From positions 320,001 through 384,000 of the forward strand of contig CAVSHO010000011.1 of assembly GCA_963727825.1 (NCBI GenBank): DNA of 64,000 bases, read 5' to 3'. The notes under the pieces were generated by a model that had not been told where the DNA came from, searched no databases, and saw only the letters and a program-made list of their open reading frames with translations. Below are positions 32,358-42,386 of this stretch, piece after piece (the first letter of the stretch is position 1; each line of letters starts with the position of its first letter). This stretch comes from Ignavibacteriota bacterium. Lineage in GTDB: Bacteria > Bacteroidota > Ignavibacteria > UBA10030. The position numbers and the translations under genes were made by a program.

Positions 32358-33152
32358 ATGAAAATTATCCTCAACAATGTTGCACTCAACTACGACGAAC
32401 GCGGTAGGCCTCAAGGTTTGCCGGTTGTGTTCATTCATGGTTTTCCTTTCAGTCATGAGTTGTGGGAGCCACAAATGAATGTAATGCCAAACGATATTCA
32501 CGCTATTGCTTATGATTTACGTGGTCATGGCATCAGCGATGTCGGTGATGGGCAATTTACTATAGAACTATTCGTAGACGATTTGATCGCGTTGATCGAC
32601 CATCTTTTCATCGAAAAAGCGATTCTTTGCGGAATCTCAATGGGAGGATACATCGCACTACGTGCTTTCGAGAGACATCCGGATCGAGTACACGGCTTAA
32701 TTCTATGCGACACGAAAAGCGAATCTGACACGAATGCCGCAAAAATAAAACGTGCCGCTACTATGAAGGTAGTAAAGACAGCCGGTGTTAGTACATTTGC
32801 TGAAGACTTTGTGAGAGATATTTTCTGGGAAAAAACCTTTGAGAGTAATCCGAGCGTTATTGCATTCATCAAACAAATAATTTGTGCAAACTCACAGCGT
32901 GGTATTTGCGGAACCTTACTTGCGCTTGCCGCGCGCACCGACACAACACCTGTTCTTTCTTCTATCAATGTTCCCACATGCATTATTGTTGGGGAACATG
33001 ACAAGTTAACGCCCCCCTCCAATGCACAAACTATGCATACGACGATTGTCGGATCAGAATTGCACATCCTGCCTAATGCCGCTCACATAAGCAACTTGGA
33101 AAACGTTCAAGAATTTAACGCTCAGCTTATCGCTTTTTTAAAGAAGCAATAA
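32358..33152 (+). CDS. Alpha/beta fold hydrolase (enol-lactonase-like)
   Basis: FIHGFP, DLRGHG, GISMGG nucleophile elbow, GEHD, AAH. Confidence 0.9.
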   Translation: MKIILNNVALNYDERGRPQGLPVVFIHGFPFSHELWEPQMNVMPNDIHAIAYDLRGHGISDVGDGQFTIELFVDDLIALIDHLFIEKAILCGISMGGYIALRAFERHPDRVHGLILCDTKSESDTNAAKIKRAATMKVVKTAGVSTFAEDFVRDIFWEKTFESNPSVIAFIKQIICANSQRGICGTLLALAARTDTTPVLSSINVPTCIIVGEHDKLTPPSNAQTMHTTIVGSELHILPNAAHISNLENVQEFNAQLIAFLKKQ

Positions 33153-33276
33153 CGGTTGGCATCATTGACCTTCTATCTTCCTTCACCTATATTATAGCAA
33201 CAGAATGTTAATATATATGGCAGTTTCAATTGGAAAGTGAAGATAGGGAAAAAGTAATTTTGAGAGAAAACATTCT

Positions 33277-34596
33277 ATGCAACGACGAATCTTAATACGA
33301 CGATTCAAATTCAAATCGACAAAATCCAACAAATTATTTGCTAAAGCTCAAACCATTATCCCAGGTGGTGTAAATTCTCCGATACGTGCATTCAAGTCAG
33401 TAGGACGAACCCCGCTCTTTATTAAGCGAGCAAGCGCTGCATACATTTGGGATGAAGATCGGAACAAATATATCGATTATGTAGGCTCGTGGGGACCAAT
33501 GCTTCTCGGCCATGCAAATCCTGCAATACTCAAAGCTGTTCGGGCAGCTGTAAAACGCGGCACAAGTTTCGGAGCACCAACAAGACTTGAAGTTAAGATG
33601 GCAGAGCTTATCACTAAGATCGTCCCATCCATCGAGATGATACGGATGGTGAACTCCGGTGCCGAAGCAACAATGAGCGCCATCCGTTTAGCACGCGCAT
33701 TCACTAGCAAGGATAAGATTATTAAGTTCGAAGGATGTCACCACGGACACGGCGATTCTTTTTTGATTAAAGCCGGTTCAGGTGCAATGGCGCTTGGTGT
33801 TCCCGATAGCCCCGGTGTTCCGACAATGATTGCGATGAACACGCTGACAGCTCGTTACAACGATCTCACTTCAGTACGAACATTGTTTGAAGAAAACAAA
33901 GATCAAATTGCAGCAATTATTGTAGAACCTGTAGCAGGCAATATGGGCTGTGTGCCCCCTGCTGAAGGATTTCTGCAGGGATTGCGTTCTATATGCAACG
34001 AGTTTAATGCATTGCTAATTTTTGATGAGGTGATGACAGGATTTCGAGTCGCAATTGGCGGAGCACAAGCATTATATGGCGTTCAACCAGACTTAACTAC
34101 GCTTGGCAAGATTATAGGAGGCGGACTTCCTGTTGGTGCATACGGCGGGAAAAAAGAAATTATGCAGATGGTAGCGCCAGCTGGACCAATGTACCAAGCC
34201 GGAACACTTTCCGGTAATCCGCTTGCAATGGCGGCAGGATTTACGATACTGCGGATTCTCCATGCCAACAAGATGATCTACAAACAACTTGAACAGCGAT
34301 CGGTACAACTCGAGGAAGGATTAAAAGAAAATCTACAAAAATTGGGATTGGGCTATACATTTAATCGAGTTGGATCTATATTCACACTTTTCTTTACCTC
34401 AAGACCGGTAATTGACTACGACTCCGCTTTAACTTCAGACACTGTAAAATTCTCGAAGTATTTTAATGCTATGCTAGAACAGGGAATTTATCTTCCGCCT
34501 TCTCAGTTCGAAGCAGCGTTTATAACCACTGCGCATACAGAACGGCTCATCGAGAAGACAATTAAGACAAGCTACAAAGCACTGCAGAAGATTTGA
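33277..34596 (+). CDS. hemL: Glutamate-1-semialdehyde 2,1-aminomutase
   Basis: [56 protein letters not shown]. Confidence 0.95.
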   Translation: MQRRILIRRFKFKSTKSNKLFAKAQTIIPGGVNSPIRAFKSVGRTPLFIKRASAAYIWDEDRNKYIDYVGSWGPMLLGHANPAILKAVRAAVKRGTSFGAPTRLEVKMAELITKIVPSIEMIRMVNSGAEATMSAIRLARAFTSKDKIIKFEGCHHGHGDSFLIKAGSGAMALGVPDSPGVPTMIAMNTLTARYNDLTSVRTLFEENKDQIAAIIVEPVAGNMGCVPPAEGFLQGLRSICNEFNALLIFDEVMTGFRVAIGGAQALYGVQPDLTTLGKIIGGGLPVGAYGGKKEIMQMVAPAGPMYQAGTLSGNPLAMAAGFTILRILHANKMIYKQLEQRSVQLEEGLKENLQKLGLGYTFNRVGSIFTLFFTSRPVIDYDSALTSDTVKFSKYFNAMLEQGIYLPPSQFEAAFITTAHTERLIEKTIKTSYKALQKI

Positions 34597-34631
34597 AGAT
34601 GCATACATGATTTGTTGAAGCATTATAAATA

Positions 34632-34661
34632 AAGCCCCAATTCTTTATAGAATTGGGGCTT
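34632..34661. terminator. Likely bidirectional terminator between convergent genes
   Basis: Perfect 13-bp stem AAGCCCCAATTCT/AGAATTGGGGCTT with a 4-nt loop. Confidence 0.75.
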
Positions 34662-34723
34662 AGTGTTTATTAACTCCTTCAATCAATAGACTGTTATTTT
34701 ATTTTCCTTCCTAGGGGGAATTG

Positions 34724-37700
34724 CTAAAACAAAGTTACAGGAATTGCTACAGTTACCGAACCTAGACCCGGTACAGTTATAGTAATCTTACAGGTTGTAG
34801 AACTTACAACAGTTGTAGAATTATCCGTAATACCAAATAAGAATTTAGTAGTTCCCCACCCAGGGTACCGTGCCCAACCTGCATCTGACATCGTTACCGG
34901 TATAGCGCCATATGTGTCGAAAGCAACACCACTCTCTCCTGCCGGAATCACAAAAGCAGCTGTAATTGTAGTGCCATCACATAATGGGTTCCCATTAAAA
35001 TCCGTAACTTCAAGTGTGTCCAGAGTAGAACTACCAAAATGAGGCATTGATATTGCGGTTGGTACTTGTACTACAACTATCGGCCCTAAGTTCATAATAA
35101 CAAGTGCACTATCACTTACCCATTTCCCATTACGACCTTGTGTTTGTGCGGTAACCCAGAAACCTCCAGGCCTACCTGATAATGCGTTCGGATCGAAATA
35201 TTGGGAACCACCACCAACTGGTAGTGGAAAGGGCAATGGATTCTGCGTTATAAGGCTCACAACAGCAAAACCGTGAATATCAGTGTAGGCGAGATCGGGA
35301 GTCTGATTTCCCGTTACAACTATCCCCGCTTGTGAATGGAAATAGAGTGCCGTTCCTTGCGAAACCGGATTGCTAAATGTATCTCCGACTGCAACCAAGA
35401 ACTTTGGATAATCTGCTATACTGTTGCTGATAATTTGAGGAAAAACGTATCTATATGGAGTGATTGTAAAGTGTGCCTGATCTGGGAAACCAGCATGCAC
35501 AGTAATCTTCACTGGATCTGAACTAACAATCTTTCCACTGCTAAGTGTGATTTGAGCAACAAGTTCAATAACGCCAGCCTCTGTGCCACTGGCAACAGAA
35601 GCATGAAGTTGACCTTGAGTATTTGTACTATCAGATGTGGGTGTAACTGTAGGAGCTGTTCCTCCACCGATTGTACTATTGGGGAACCATTGTATACTGA
35701 AGTTTGCCATATATGTCGGAGTACTTGCAATCGGAGAACCATAAGCATCGAGTACTTGATAAGTGATGGTTGCTGTTTCCAGACCACCGACACCACTAAT
35801 AAAAATATCAGTCGCCGAAGAAGCAAATGTAAAATGATCAGGTGGTTTGGGGGCTGAAGTAATGATCGTTCCAGCGGCCAATAATATTCCATGGAATAAT
35901 CTTGTCTTAGTTCCATTAGGTCCATTGACGGTAATAGTTATATCAAAATTACCGCTAATACCGCCGTTTGGGACAGCGTCCGTAAGTCGTACTCGATAAG
36001 TAATACTATTATTACTGGTATTATTAAAATCAACTACGCCGGAAGTTACGTTAGATGCGTTGGTTAATGCAATACCTGATGCGGCATAACCCGAAACACT
36101 CACTTGAATAGAATTACCACTTGCCAGCGGATTACCATTTGCATCTGCAACTGTATAATTTACATCATAAAAACCTGAATCATATATAACAATTGTATCG
36201 GATGATGGAACATTCAACGTCGTTATAACCGGTGCGCCTGAAAAAAGAAAAGGAGTTTTGCGTGTTACAGTCCCACCGCCATGTACTTTAAGAATAGCAG
36301 ATACATTTCCAAACCCATTAATTGGATCTGCCGGTACTTTACCACCGTACAATCCGGTCGAAGCGCTCCCGTTCACATCTGTTACTGCAGCAATTGGACT
36401 AATGACTCCCCCGGAAGTGCTGAATTGAACAAACTCTGGCGCCGGAAAATTGCCATTGACATCAACAAGATTGACCTTAAGCGTGCCGACTAAATTTCCC
36501 TGATTATTAAACATGTTTTGCGGTAAACTTACAAATATTTGATTTGAGTCGGGTAATCCATGGGCAACTTGTATAGGCATTGATAACGCCGAAAAGAAAT
36601 TCCCCAATCCATCAGTCGTCCTTGCAACAATTTGTGCAATGCCCGGTACATTCCCGGCACTAATAGTTACACTCACAGCTCCACCTGCTCCAGTTGAATC
36701 CTGATTAGTGGAAAGATGTGTGCCACTTGGAGCTTGAAATAGAGAAAACATAACCAGAGCTTTTCTTGTTACGCTAATCGGAGTGCCACTTCCATCTTTT
36801 ACTATAAATGAAATAATTGTACTTGTATCTGGTAATTGTGTTTCAGATAAGTATAATTGTCGTATAGATGAATCTGCCAACGCAATACTCGCAGGCACTC
36901 CATAGAATCCTCCACTACTGGTAGCACCACGCATAAATCCTGTAAACCAGGTTTGATCTACAATTGGATAGTTGCCATTCGGACTTGTAATATTAATTTT
37001 GAAAGTTATTACACCCGAGAGGCTATCCTTAACTTTATCAATAACCCATATTCGAAAATGCGTTTGATTAGTGTCCTTCGTATCGGGCATTGTAATCTGA
37101 TTACCTGTCATCTGCAAGGTACTCTGTAATGCGGAAGTGGCTGCAGTAACCGTTACATTAATTGTAGTTCCTGCTACTAATGGTTTTCCGTTATCATCAG
37201 AGACTGTAAAATCGAAATAGTTCATATCTCCATCTGGGACTTCAAAATTTATAGTGTTAGAACTGCGGGTTACAGTAGTTGGTCCCGAGAAAAGAATTTG
37301 AATCGTTCTTACAATAGAACTATCCGCTTTACGGACAGAAGTATCACCTTTCGCTTCAGCGGTAACTGTTACCAGGCCTCCGATTGGCGGATTTCCACCA
37401 CCGCTTGTTAATGTAGCAGTAGCAATACCATTGCTCGTAAACGCATTACTGGTTATTCCACCTCCATTTGTAACAAAGACTACTGGTGTCCCATCATTAA
37501 CAGGATTACCAAATTGATCGTTTAAGGTCATCGTTATCGTTGTGCTTAAGCCATCATAAACACGGCCAGCAATATTATACTTTGAAGCAGCAATAGAGAC
37601 ATGGTTACCGTCAGGTAATCCGGTACCTTCAGTTAATCCCGCAGTTGCAGCAATTTTACGAGTCGGATCAATCACCTGTGCAGTCACAAGAATGGCATTG

Positions 37701-38335
37701 GGTTTTGTACCGCTAAAAACTGTTGTCGAAACTTGGCCGGTCGCTGGATCGGTTTGACCCGTATCCGGTTTAATAGATTCTCCACTCGGATTTGATACAC
37801 TGATTGAGAATTTTACTTTACATTTATTTGATCCTGTGACAGGACGATTTATGGAATCCACAACCAAAAATGTTAAAGTGCAAGATTGATTAATACCGCC
37901 TTTGAGTAAAATTGATTTTGTTGACTGACTAAATAATCCAATGCTTGTTGGTCGTCCCGAGTTACCATTAACAATTTTACTTGAATCTGTCACGATCATA
38001 TGAATATTCTTGCCTGATAGCGTGTCTCCCGGTGATAGACTTACACTAAGCGTATCAGATGCGTATCCAGATAGAATTGCATATATAGATGTAGTATAAT
38101 TGCTGGACAATTCCATCGTAAGTTTATATGAACCATCCGTCTGCGAAGTGTCGACTTTCGCTATAGATCCTCTATCGATAACGCGAGCCAGCGCAAGAGG
38201 ATTATTCCCCGCATCAAGCACTGTTCCACTCACTGTAGATGTTTTTGTTGCGGTTGGTTCTGTTGGGTTTTGCTGACATCCGGCATTTAATAATAATAGC
38301 GCTATACTTAAAAAAGCAAAAATCCGCAAATTCAT
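34724..38335 (-). CDS. Large lipoprotein with tandem Ig-like (Big_1/invasin-like) domains
   Basis: Lipobox LNAGC; Thr/Gly/Ser-rich beta-type sequence with DxxGNP motifs (DQFGNPVNDGTPVVF, DANGNPLASG); three internal super-repeats. Confidence 0.8.
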   Translation of the reverse strand: MNLRIFAFLSIALLLLNAGCQQNPTEPTATKTSTVSGTVLDAGNNPLALARVIDRGSIAKVDTSQTDGSYKLTMELSSNYTTSIYAILSGYASDTLSVSLSPGDTLSGKNIHMIVTDSSKIVNGNSGRPTSIGLFSQSTKSILLKGGINQSCTLTFLVVDSINRPVTGSNKCKVKFSISVSNPSGESIKPDTGQTDPATGQVSTTVFSGTKPNAILVTAQVIDPTRKIAATAGLTEGTGLPDGNHVSIAASKYNIAGRVYDGLSTTITMTLNDQFGNPVNDGTPVVFVTNGGGITSNAFTSNGIATATLTSGGGNPPIGGLVTVTAEAKGDTSVRKADSSIVRTIQILFSGPTTVTRSSNTINFEVPDGDMNYFDFTVSDDNGKPLVAGTTINVTVTAATSALQSTLQMTGNQITMPDTKDTNQTHFRIWVIDKVKDSLSGVITFKINITSPNGNYPIVDQTWFTGFMRGATSSGGFYGVPASIALADSSIRQLYLSETQLPDTSTIISFIVKDGSGTPISVTRKALVMFSLFQAPSGTHLSTNQDSTGAGGAVSVTISAGNVPGIAQIVARTTDGLGNFFSALSMPIQVAHGLPDSNQIFVSLPQNMFNNQGNLVGTLKVNLVDVNGNFPAPEFVQFSTSGGVISPIAAVTDVNGSASTGLYGGKVPADPINGFGNVSAILKVHGGGTVTRKTPFLFSGAPVITTLNVPSSDTIVIYDSGFYDVNYTVADANGNPLASGNSIQVSVSGYAASGIALTNASNVTSGVVDFNNTSNNSITYRVRLTDAVPNGGISGNFDITITVNGPNGTKTRLFHGILLAAGTIITSAPKPPDHFTFASSATDIFISGVGGLETATITYQVLDAYGSPIASTPTYMANFSIQWFPNSTIGGGTAPTVTPTSDSTNTQGQLHASVASGTEAGVIELVAQITLSSGKIVSSDPVKITVHAGFPDQAHFTITPYRYVFPQIISNSIADYPKFLVAVGDTFSNPVSQGTALYFHSQAGIVVTGNQTPDLAYTDIHGFAVVSLITQNPLPFPLPVGGGSQYFDPNALSGRPGGFWVTAQTQGRNGKWVSDSALVIMNLGPIVVVQVPTAISMPHFGSSTLDTLEVTDFNGNPLCDGTTITAAFVIPAGESGVAFDTYGAIPVTMSDAGWARYPGWGTTKFLFGITDNSTTVVSSTTCKITITVPGLGSVTVAIPVTLF

Positions 38336-38376
38336 ACCTGACTCCTCAGGGAAAAATCCCTGCTATCAAAATAAAA

Positions 38377-39798
38377 TTATTTTACTTCCGAGTTATTATT
38401 AAGATTTTTTTCCATTTCCTGCTTTTTTTCCTGAATTAAATTTTTGGGTGCAGGTAGTTTTGCTGCACGTTCTTCTAATGACGGAAGGATCTCGGCTTTA
38501 ATAAGAACAATTAATTCCCGTTTAATAGCTTCTTTCGAATCATAACCAAAGAGATAACGTAATCCAAAAACCCACCAGGGTAAATCTTTTAACAGCGGCA
38601 CTCCTTCGCGAACGATCTCGTTATCATTGGAATACATTCCACCAATATATCCTTCTTCACCATTGAGAAGTGTCAAAGAACCTGTCGCTTGTGTTTTATT
38701 AATGATTGAAGTTGTGGTGCCGGTTGTGAAAGTACTTTTCTCAACCTTGTACTGAACATCAATAAACTCCATATCTCCAACTTTGTAAATCTTGGGCCTG
38801 ACTGTCAAGATTGTTCCCGTCGGATAAAAATGCTGCACCGTGTTTCCGGAGAAATCTTTTTCTAATACGGAAAAATCCTGCCCTATTTGGATTGTTTGAG
38901 TCGAACCTGAGCGAACCGTAATCTCAGGCCTTGCTATAACTTCACCAAGCTGATCGCTCTCGAACATTGCGATAGCCGCATTGATATCTACTCCTATGTT
39001 TCCAGTTGGACTCATGGCAGCGCTGAAGGCTTGATCTGTCAACCTACTTGCAGTTTGAGTTGTAGATGTTCCAGTATTCGTCGATGTTCCAGTAATCGTT
39101 GTTGTTCCGCCAGATATAGATGTTCCATTAGTCGAAGATGTTCCAGTAGTTCCTGTAGTTGTTGCACTAGTCGCACCATGAAAATTCACTCCGAGATTCA
39201 TGTTGCTTCCGCGGAAAATAGAAAAATCCATTCCACTCTGAGCCAATTTTGTTTTATTAAGATCGAAGAATACACTTGAGATGGAAACCTCACGAAGCTT
39301 TGAATAATATTCACTGGAATCGACGACGACCGCAGGCGCCGTAGTGACAGCCGGTGTAGGTGTAAATGACGGTGTTTGAGATAAACTTCTAGATTGATTT
39401 TCTTTTTGCGCTTGTTCACCGGCTTGTTTGCCTATATCCTCTAATGAAAGAATTTCTAAATACTCCGGGTAATCATTGTACCATAATTGATTACTCCGTA
39501 ATATTAGTTCCAAAGCATCTTTCCAATACATCGATTCGATATTAATGCCGATGGTTTTATCTTTCCCTTGTAAAGGAGATCGGTCTATTATCAATTTTCC
39601 ATCTATTTTCTTACTCAACTCTCCAAGCGATTGAATTGCCTTAGAATACGAAACATCGGCACTATACGAGACCAACTCATCCTGATTGACAACCTTTCCC
39701 TGTGCCGCACGACGTACTGCTTGTTCCGTTTGAGCTTGCGTCAATCCTGCAATACCGACGACAAATAGGAAAATAAAAAGCAAAGAGTGTATCCTCAT
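38377..39798 (-). CDS. Secretin (PilQ/GspD family)
   Basis: Signal peptide, WKDALELIL N-domain, IARPEITV, TGTILTVRP, GVPLLKDLP..LRYLFG, RELIVLIK. Confidence 0.88.
   Translation of the reverse strand: MRIHSLLFIFLFVVGIAGLTQAQTEQAVRRAAQGKVVNQDELVSYSADVSYSKAIQSLGELSKKIDGKLIIDRSPLQGKDKTIGINIESMYWKDALELILRSNQLWYNDYPEYLEILSLEDIGKQAGEQAQKENQSRSLSQTPSFTPTPAVTTAPAVVVDSSEYYSKLREVSISSVFFDLNKTKLAQSGMDFSIFRGSNMNLGVNFHGATSATTTGTTGTSSTNGTSISGGTTTITGTSTNTGTSTTQTASRLTDQAFSAAMSPTGNIGVDINAAIAMFESDQLGEVIARPEITVRSGSTQTIQIGQDFSVLEKDFSGNTVQHFYPTGTILTVRPKIYKVGDMEFIDVQYKVEKSTFTTGTTTSIINKTQATGSLTLLNGEEGYIGGMYSNDNEIVREGVPLLKDLPWWVFGLRYLFGYDSKEAIKRELIVLIKAEILPSLEERAAKLPAPKNLIQEKKQEMEKNLNNNSEVK
39062..39151. repeat. Five imperfect 18-nt tandem repeats within the secretin gene
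   Basis: gtagatgttccagtattc, gtcgatgttccagtaatc, gttgttgttccgccagat, atagatgttccattagtc, gaagatgttccagtagtt. Confidence 0.7.
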
Positions 39799-39812
39799 AG
39801 GTCCCTCATTCT

Positions 39813-40697
39813 CTATCGTTTATCAAACAATATTTTCTTTGTCAGCTTTCGGATGACTCCGCCTTCATCCAATGTAAACTCCACAGCGCTTTCAGCTGGA
39901 TTCACTCGCGTCACATTTCCGCGCCACACTTTATCGCCAAGGTGCAATACAATCAGAGCTTTATCTGTAAGAACAAATGCTTTTCCTGGCAAGACAGCTT
40001 TTACTATTAACTGATCTGCGTTGATTTCCCCCTCCGGCATTTCTGTAGCCAACGTCTGTGTAATCATACTGCGGAATGGATCGTAGGGAGATGGAATCAT
40101 AGTCAGCGATTGGGCAGCTAGCGATGTACTAAGTTCAGGAACATTACGCACGAAATAAGCATGAATTTCCATATTATAGGAAATATACTTTGTGACATCT
40201 TTTGTTTCCGGATCAATTACCTCTTTCTGTTCAAGTTGCATCGAAGCAATCTTGTACAAACGCCGTCCATTTTCTAAAAAGTATACAAACTTAAAAAGAT
40301 TTTCGAATTGTGCTTCCCCATTATATAAACTATAAGAATTGTATCCCCAGCTTGCTTTTTCATTCGTCCCTAAAAATTTCATGTCAAACTTTAAAAATCC
40401 GGCTTCATCAATGCCTTGGCTCATATAGCCGTATGTTTGCGATGAGATATCAAATTGAGGAATTTCCTTGCTACGGGAATCATATCGTCGCTTGATATCC
40501 TGATATTGAGCAGTCAAACGCTGAACATCATCCGTTAATCCCGGCAGATCTTCTAATTTTTTATTGACATCTCGAGTTTCTTTATTGATTTGTTTAATCT
40601 GGCGAGGCTGCACAACCATCCACACAATTACACCAATTATTATTATAACAAGCTCCACAGCAGCAAGGGCAAGCGTATTTCTAAGTTTATAGGTCAC
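39813..40697 (-). CDS. PilO-like protein, possibly fused to a PilP-like C-terminus
   Basis: N-terminal TM plus coiled coil, FENLFKFVYFLE, later YDPF and LHLGDKVWRGNV; lies between the PilMN-like gene and the secretin. Confidence 0.6.
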   Translation of the reverse strand: MTYKLRNTLALAAVELVIIIIGVIVWMVVQPRQIKQINKETRDVNKKLEDLPGLTDDVQRLTAQYQDIKRRYDSRSKEIPQFDISSQTYGYMSQGIDEAGFLKFDMKFLGTNEKASWGYNSYSLYNGEAQFENLFKFVYFLENGRRLYKIASMQLEQKEVIDPETKDVTKYISYNMEIHAYFVRNVPELSTSLAAQSLTMIPSPYDPFRSMITQTLATEMPEGEINADQLIVKAVLPGKAFVLTDKALIVLHLGDKVWRGNVTRVNPAESAVEFTLDEGGVIRKLTKKILFDKR

Positions 40698-40712
40698 GGT
40701 TCTCTCGTCCCT

Positions 40713-42299
40713 CTATCTTGTGTTGGGTTCGGGAATATCGAACTTGTCCACACGCTCGATCACAATATCAAATTCGTATAAAATCTTTTTCCGTATTGTG
40801 ATGGTGCGTACTTCTCTCAATGTTGCCTTTTCGAATATACTTGCGATACGCGGGATACGTGTGCGATAAATTGATCGACCTGATATGATAATATTTTTTC
40901 CGTCTGGCTTAAGGCTGTATATCCATAATGAATTAAGATCCTCTACGCTATTTGCGAGATAGTGTAGAATACGACTCCAGCGATCGCTTCCTGGTGCAAC
41001 TGAATCGTAAATACTCGTTGCATTACTATAACGGCTAATATCGGAAGACAATGTTGCTCTACGCTGCCTAAAAACATCTAATTCAGTCAGTTTTTGTTGT
41101 TTTTGTACAAGTTCCCCCTTGAGCCGACGGATTTCAGTTTGACGGTCCATATACGAAAGGATAAAAAAAGGAATGGTTACAGTGACTAATATCCCCATCA
41201 GTATTCCATGCCAAGCGAGTGCAAGTGTCCGCTGACCTTCTAAAATAAAATGCGGGATAAGATTAATATCATAAAATCCCTGAAGCTTTGGCTGAAGCGA
41301 ACGCCATGCAGTCATAATTGGGATAATATATTCTGATATCGCCTCACCAACTGATTCTTCAAATTCACCAAGGTCTAAAGTAGGTGCCTTTATATATTCA
41401 ACAAGAGCACTTGAGAATTGTGGGGCAAGAGTATCCAATAAATTCACTTTATGACTTTCCCCAGCGAGAAGTATTCTATCGATCCGCGTAAGGGCAATAT
41501 TGTCTTGTTCAAGAAGAATCCGACTATAAATTGTGTTTTCAATGTTGGGTGATTCATATCCTTCGCTGATAATTGGGGCAAAGTGGAGATAATGTTCGCC
41601 CTGCATAAACACGAGACGACTAAAATCATGGCCTACATAGACAATCACCGAAACTTCTTCTTCTTGTGGTTCATACTGGGTACGCACCATCTCCATCAAT
41701 GCAGTGTCTGCACTATCCATTAGTTTGATAAGAGGTACACGCCCGCCCATAAATGGTTTGACTTCAGAAAGAAGCTCATAGACGTGTAAGCCATCTTCAC
41801 GTATTAATGATAGTAAACCGCCAGACGCTGATGGAATAATATCAATTGCATCTAATGCCGGAGCAGAAGCACGCATAGTAGAGAGCTCTTGTGAGATTTT
41901 TTTCTTCAGCCTCTCACCTTTCAATCCGAAATTACTCTCGAATTCCTGATATGTTACGGCTGGTTCTGAGATTGCGTAAGAGAGTGTATATTTTTTTGGG
42001 GAACCGACTTCGTTCAATAATCCGAGCAATACAGATGCATTCGTGCTTCCTTCATCGGCTGGAGATTCTATTGCACCCGCAGATGCGAACGAATCCCCCG
42101 ATGAAATATCCCCGAATGCCGTTCCTTCGCTTTCTTCTGGGGCTGCTTCCTTTTCTTCAAACTTGTGTACTAACGCAACCGTTTTAAAATCCCGGAGCGT
42201 AACCTTGTTCCCCTTTGAAGAAAGGCGGACAAATTTAAGTTCTAGCCCGTCCACAAATACGGCAACTGCTGTTTTTCCCTCTCCTGCTTGAATGGGCAT
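40713..42299 (-). CDS. PilM-like/PilN-like fusion protein
   Basis: Cytoplasmic actin-like region (LKFVRL, YVGHDFS, RILLAGES), TM, coiled coil, then PilN-like WSRILHYL...LWI...IIISGRS. Confidence 0.62.
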   Translation of the reverse strand: MPIQAGEGKTAVAVFVDGLELKFVRLSSKGNKVTLRDFKTVALVHKFEEKEAAPEESEGTAFGDISSGDSFASAGAIESPADEGSTNASVLLGLLNEVGSPKKYTLSYAISEPAVTYQEFESNFGLKGERLKKKISQELSTMRASAPALDAIDIIPSASGGLLSLIREDGLHVYELLSEVKPFMGGRVPLIKLMDSADTALMEMVRTQYEPQEEEVSVIVYVGHDFSRLVFMQGEHYLHFAPIISEGYESPNIENTIYSRILLEQDNIALTRIDRILLAGESHKVNLLDTLAPQFSSALVEYIKAPTLDLGEFEESVGEAISEYIIPIMTAWRSLQPKLQGFYDINLIPHFILEGQRTLALAWHGILMGILVTVTIPFFILSYMDRQTEIRRLKGELVQKQQKLTELDVFRQRRATLSSDISRYSNATSIYDSVAPGSDRWSRILHYLANSVEDLNSLWIYSLKPDGKNIIISGRSIYRTRIPRIASIFEKATLREVRTITIRKKILYEFDIVIERVDKFDIPEPNTR

Positions 42300-42386
42300 G
42301 AGTTGGTATATCCTCTTTATGTTAAGTTTACTTTAACTAGCTTTGTCCGTCGATTTTCACTGCATCGCGCACTAGCCATGAGAACA

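Noticed and set aside
32142-32501. 119-aa minus-strand ORF overlapping the hydrolase start
   Set aside because: Antisense to a clear gene, with no motif or RBS; the region is better explained as non-coding.
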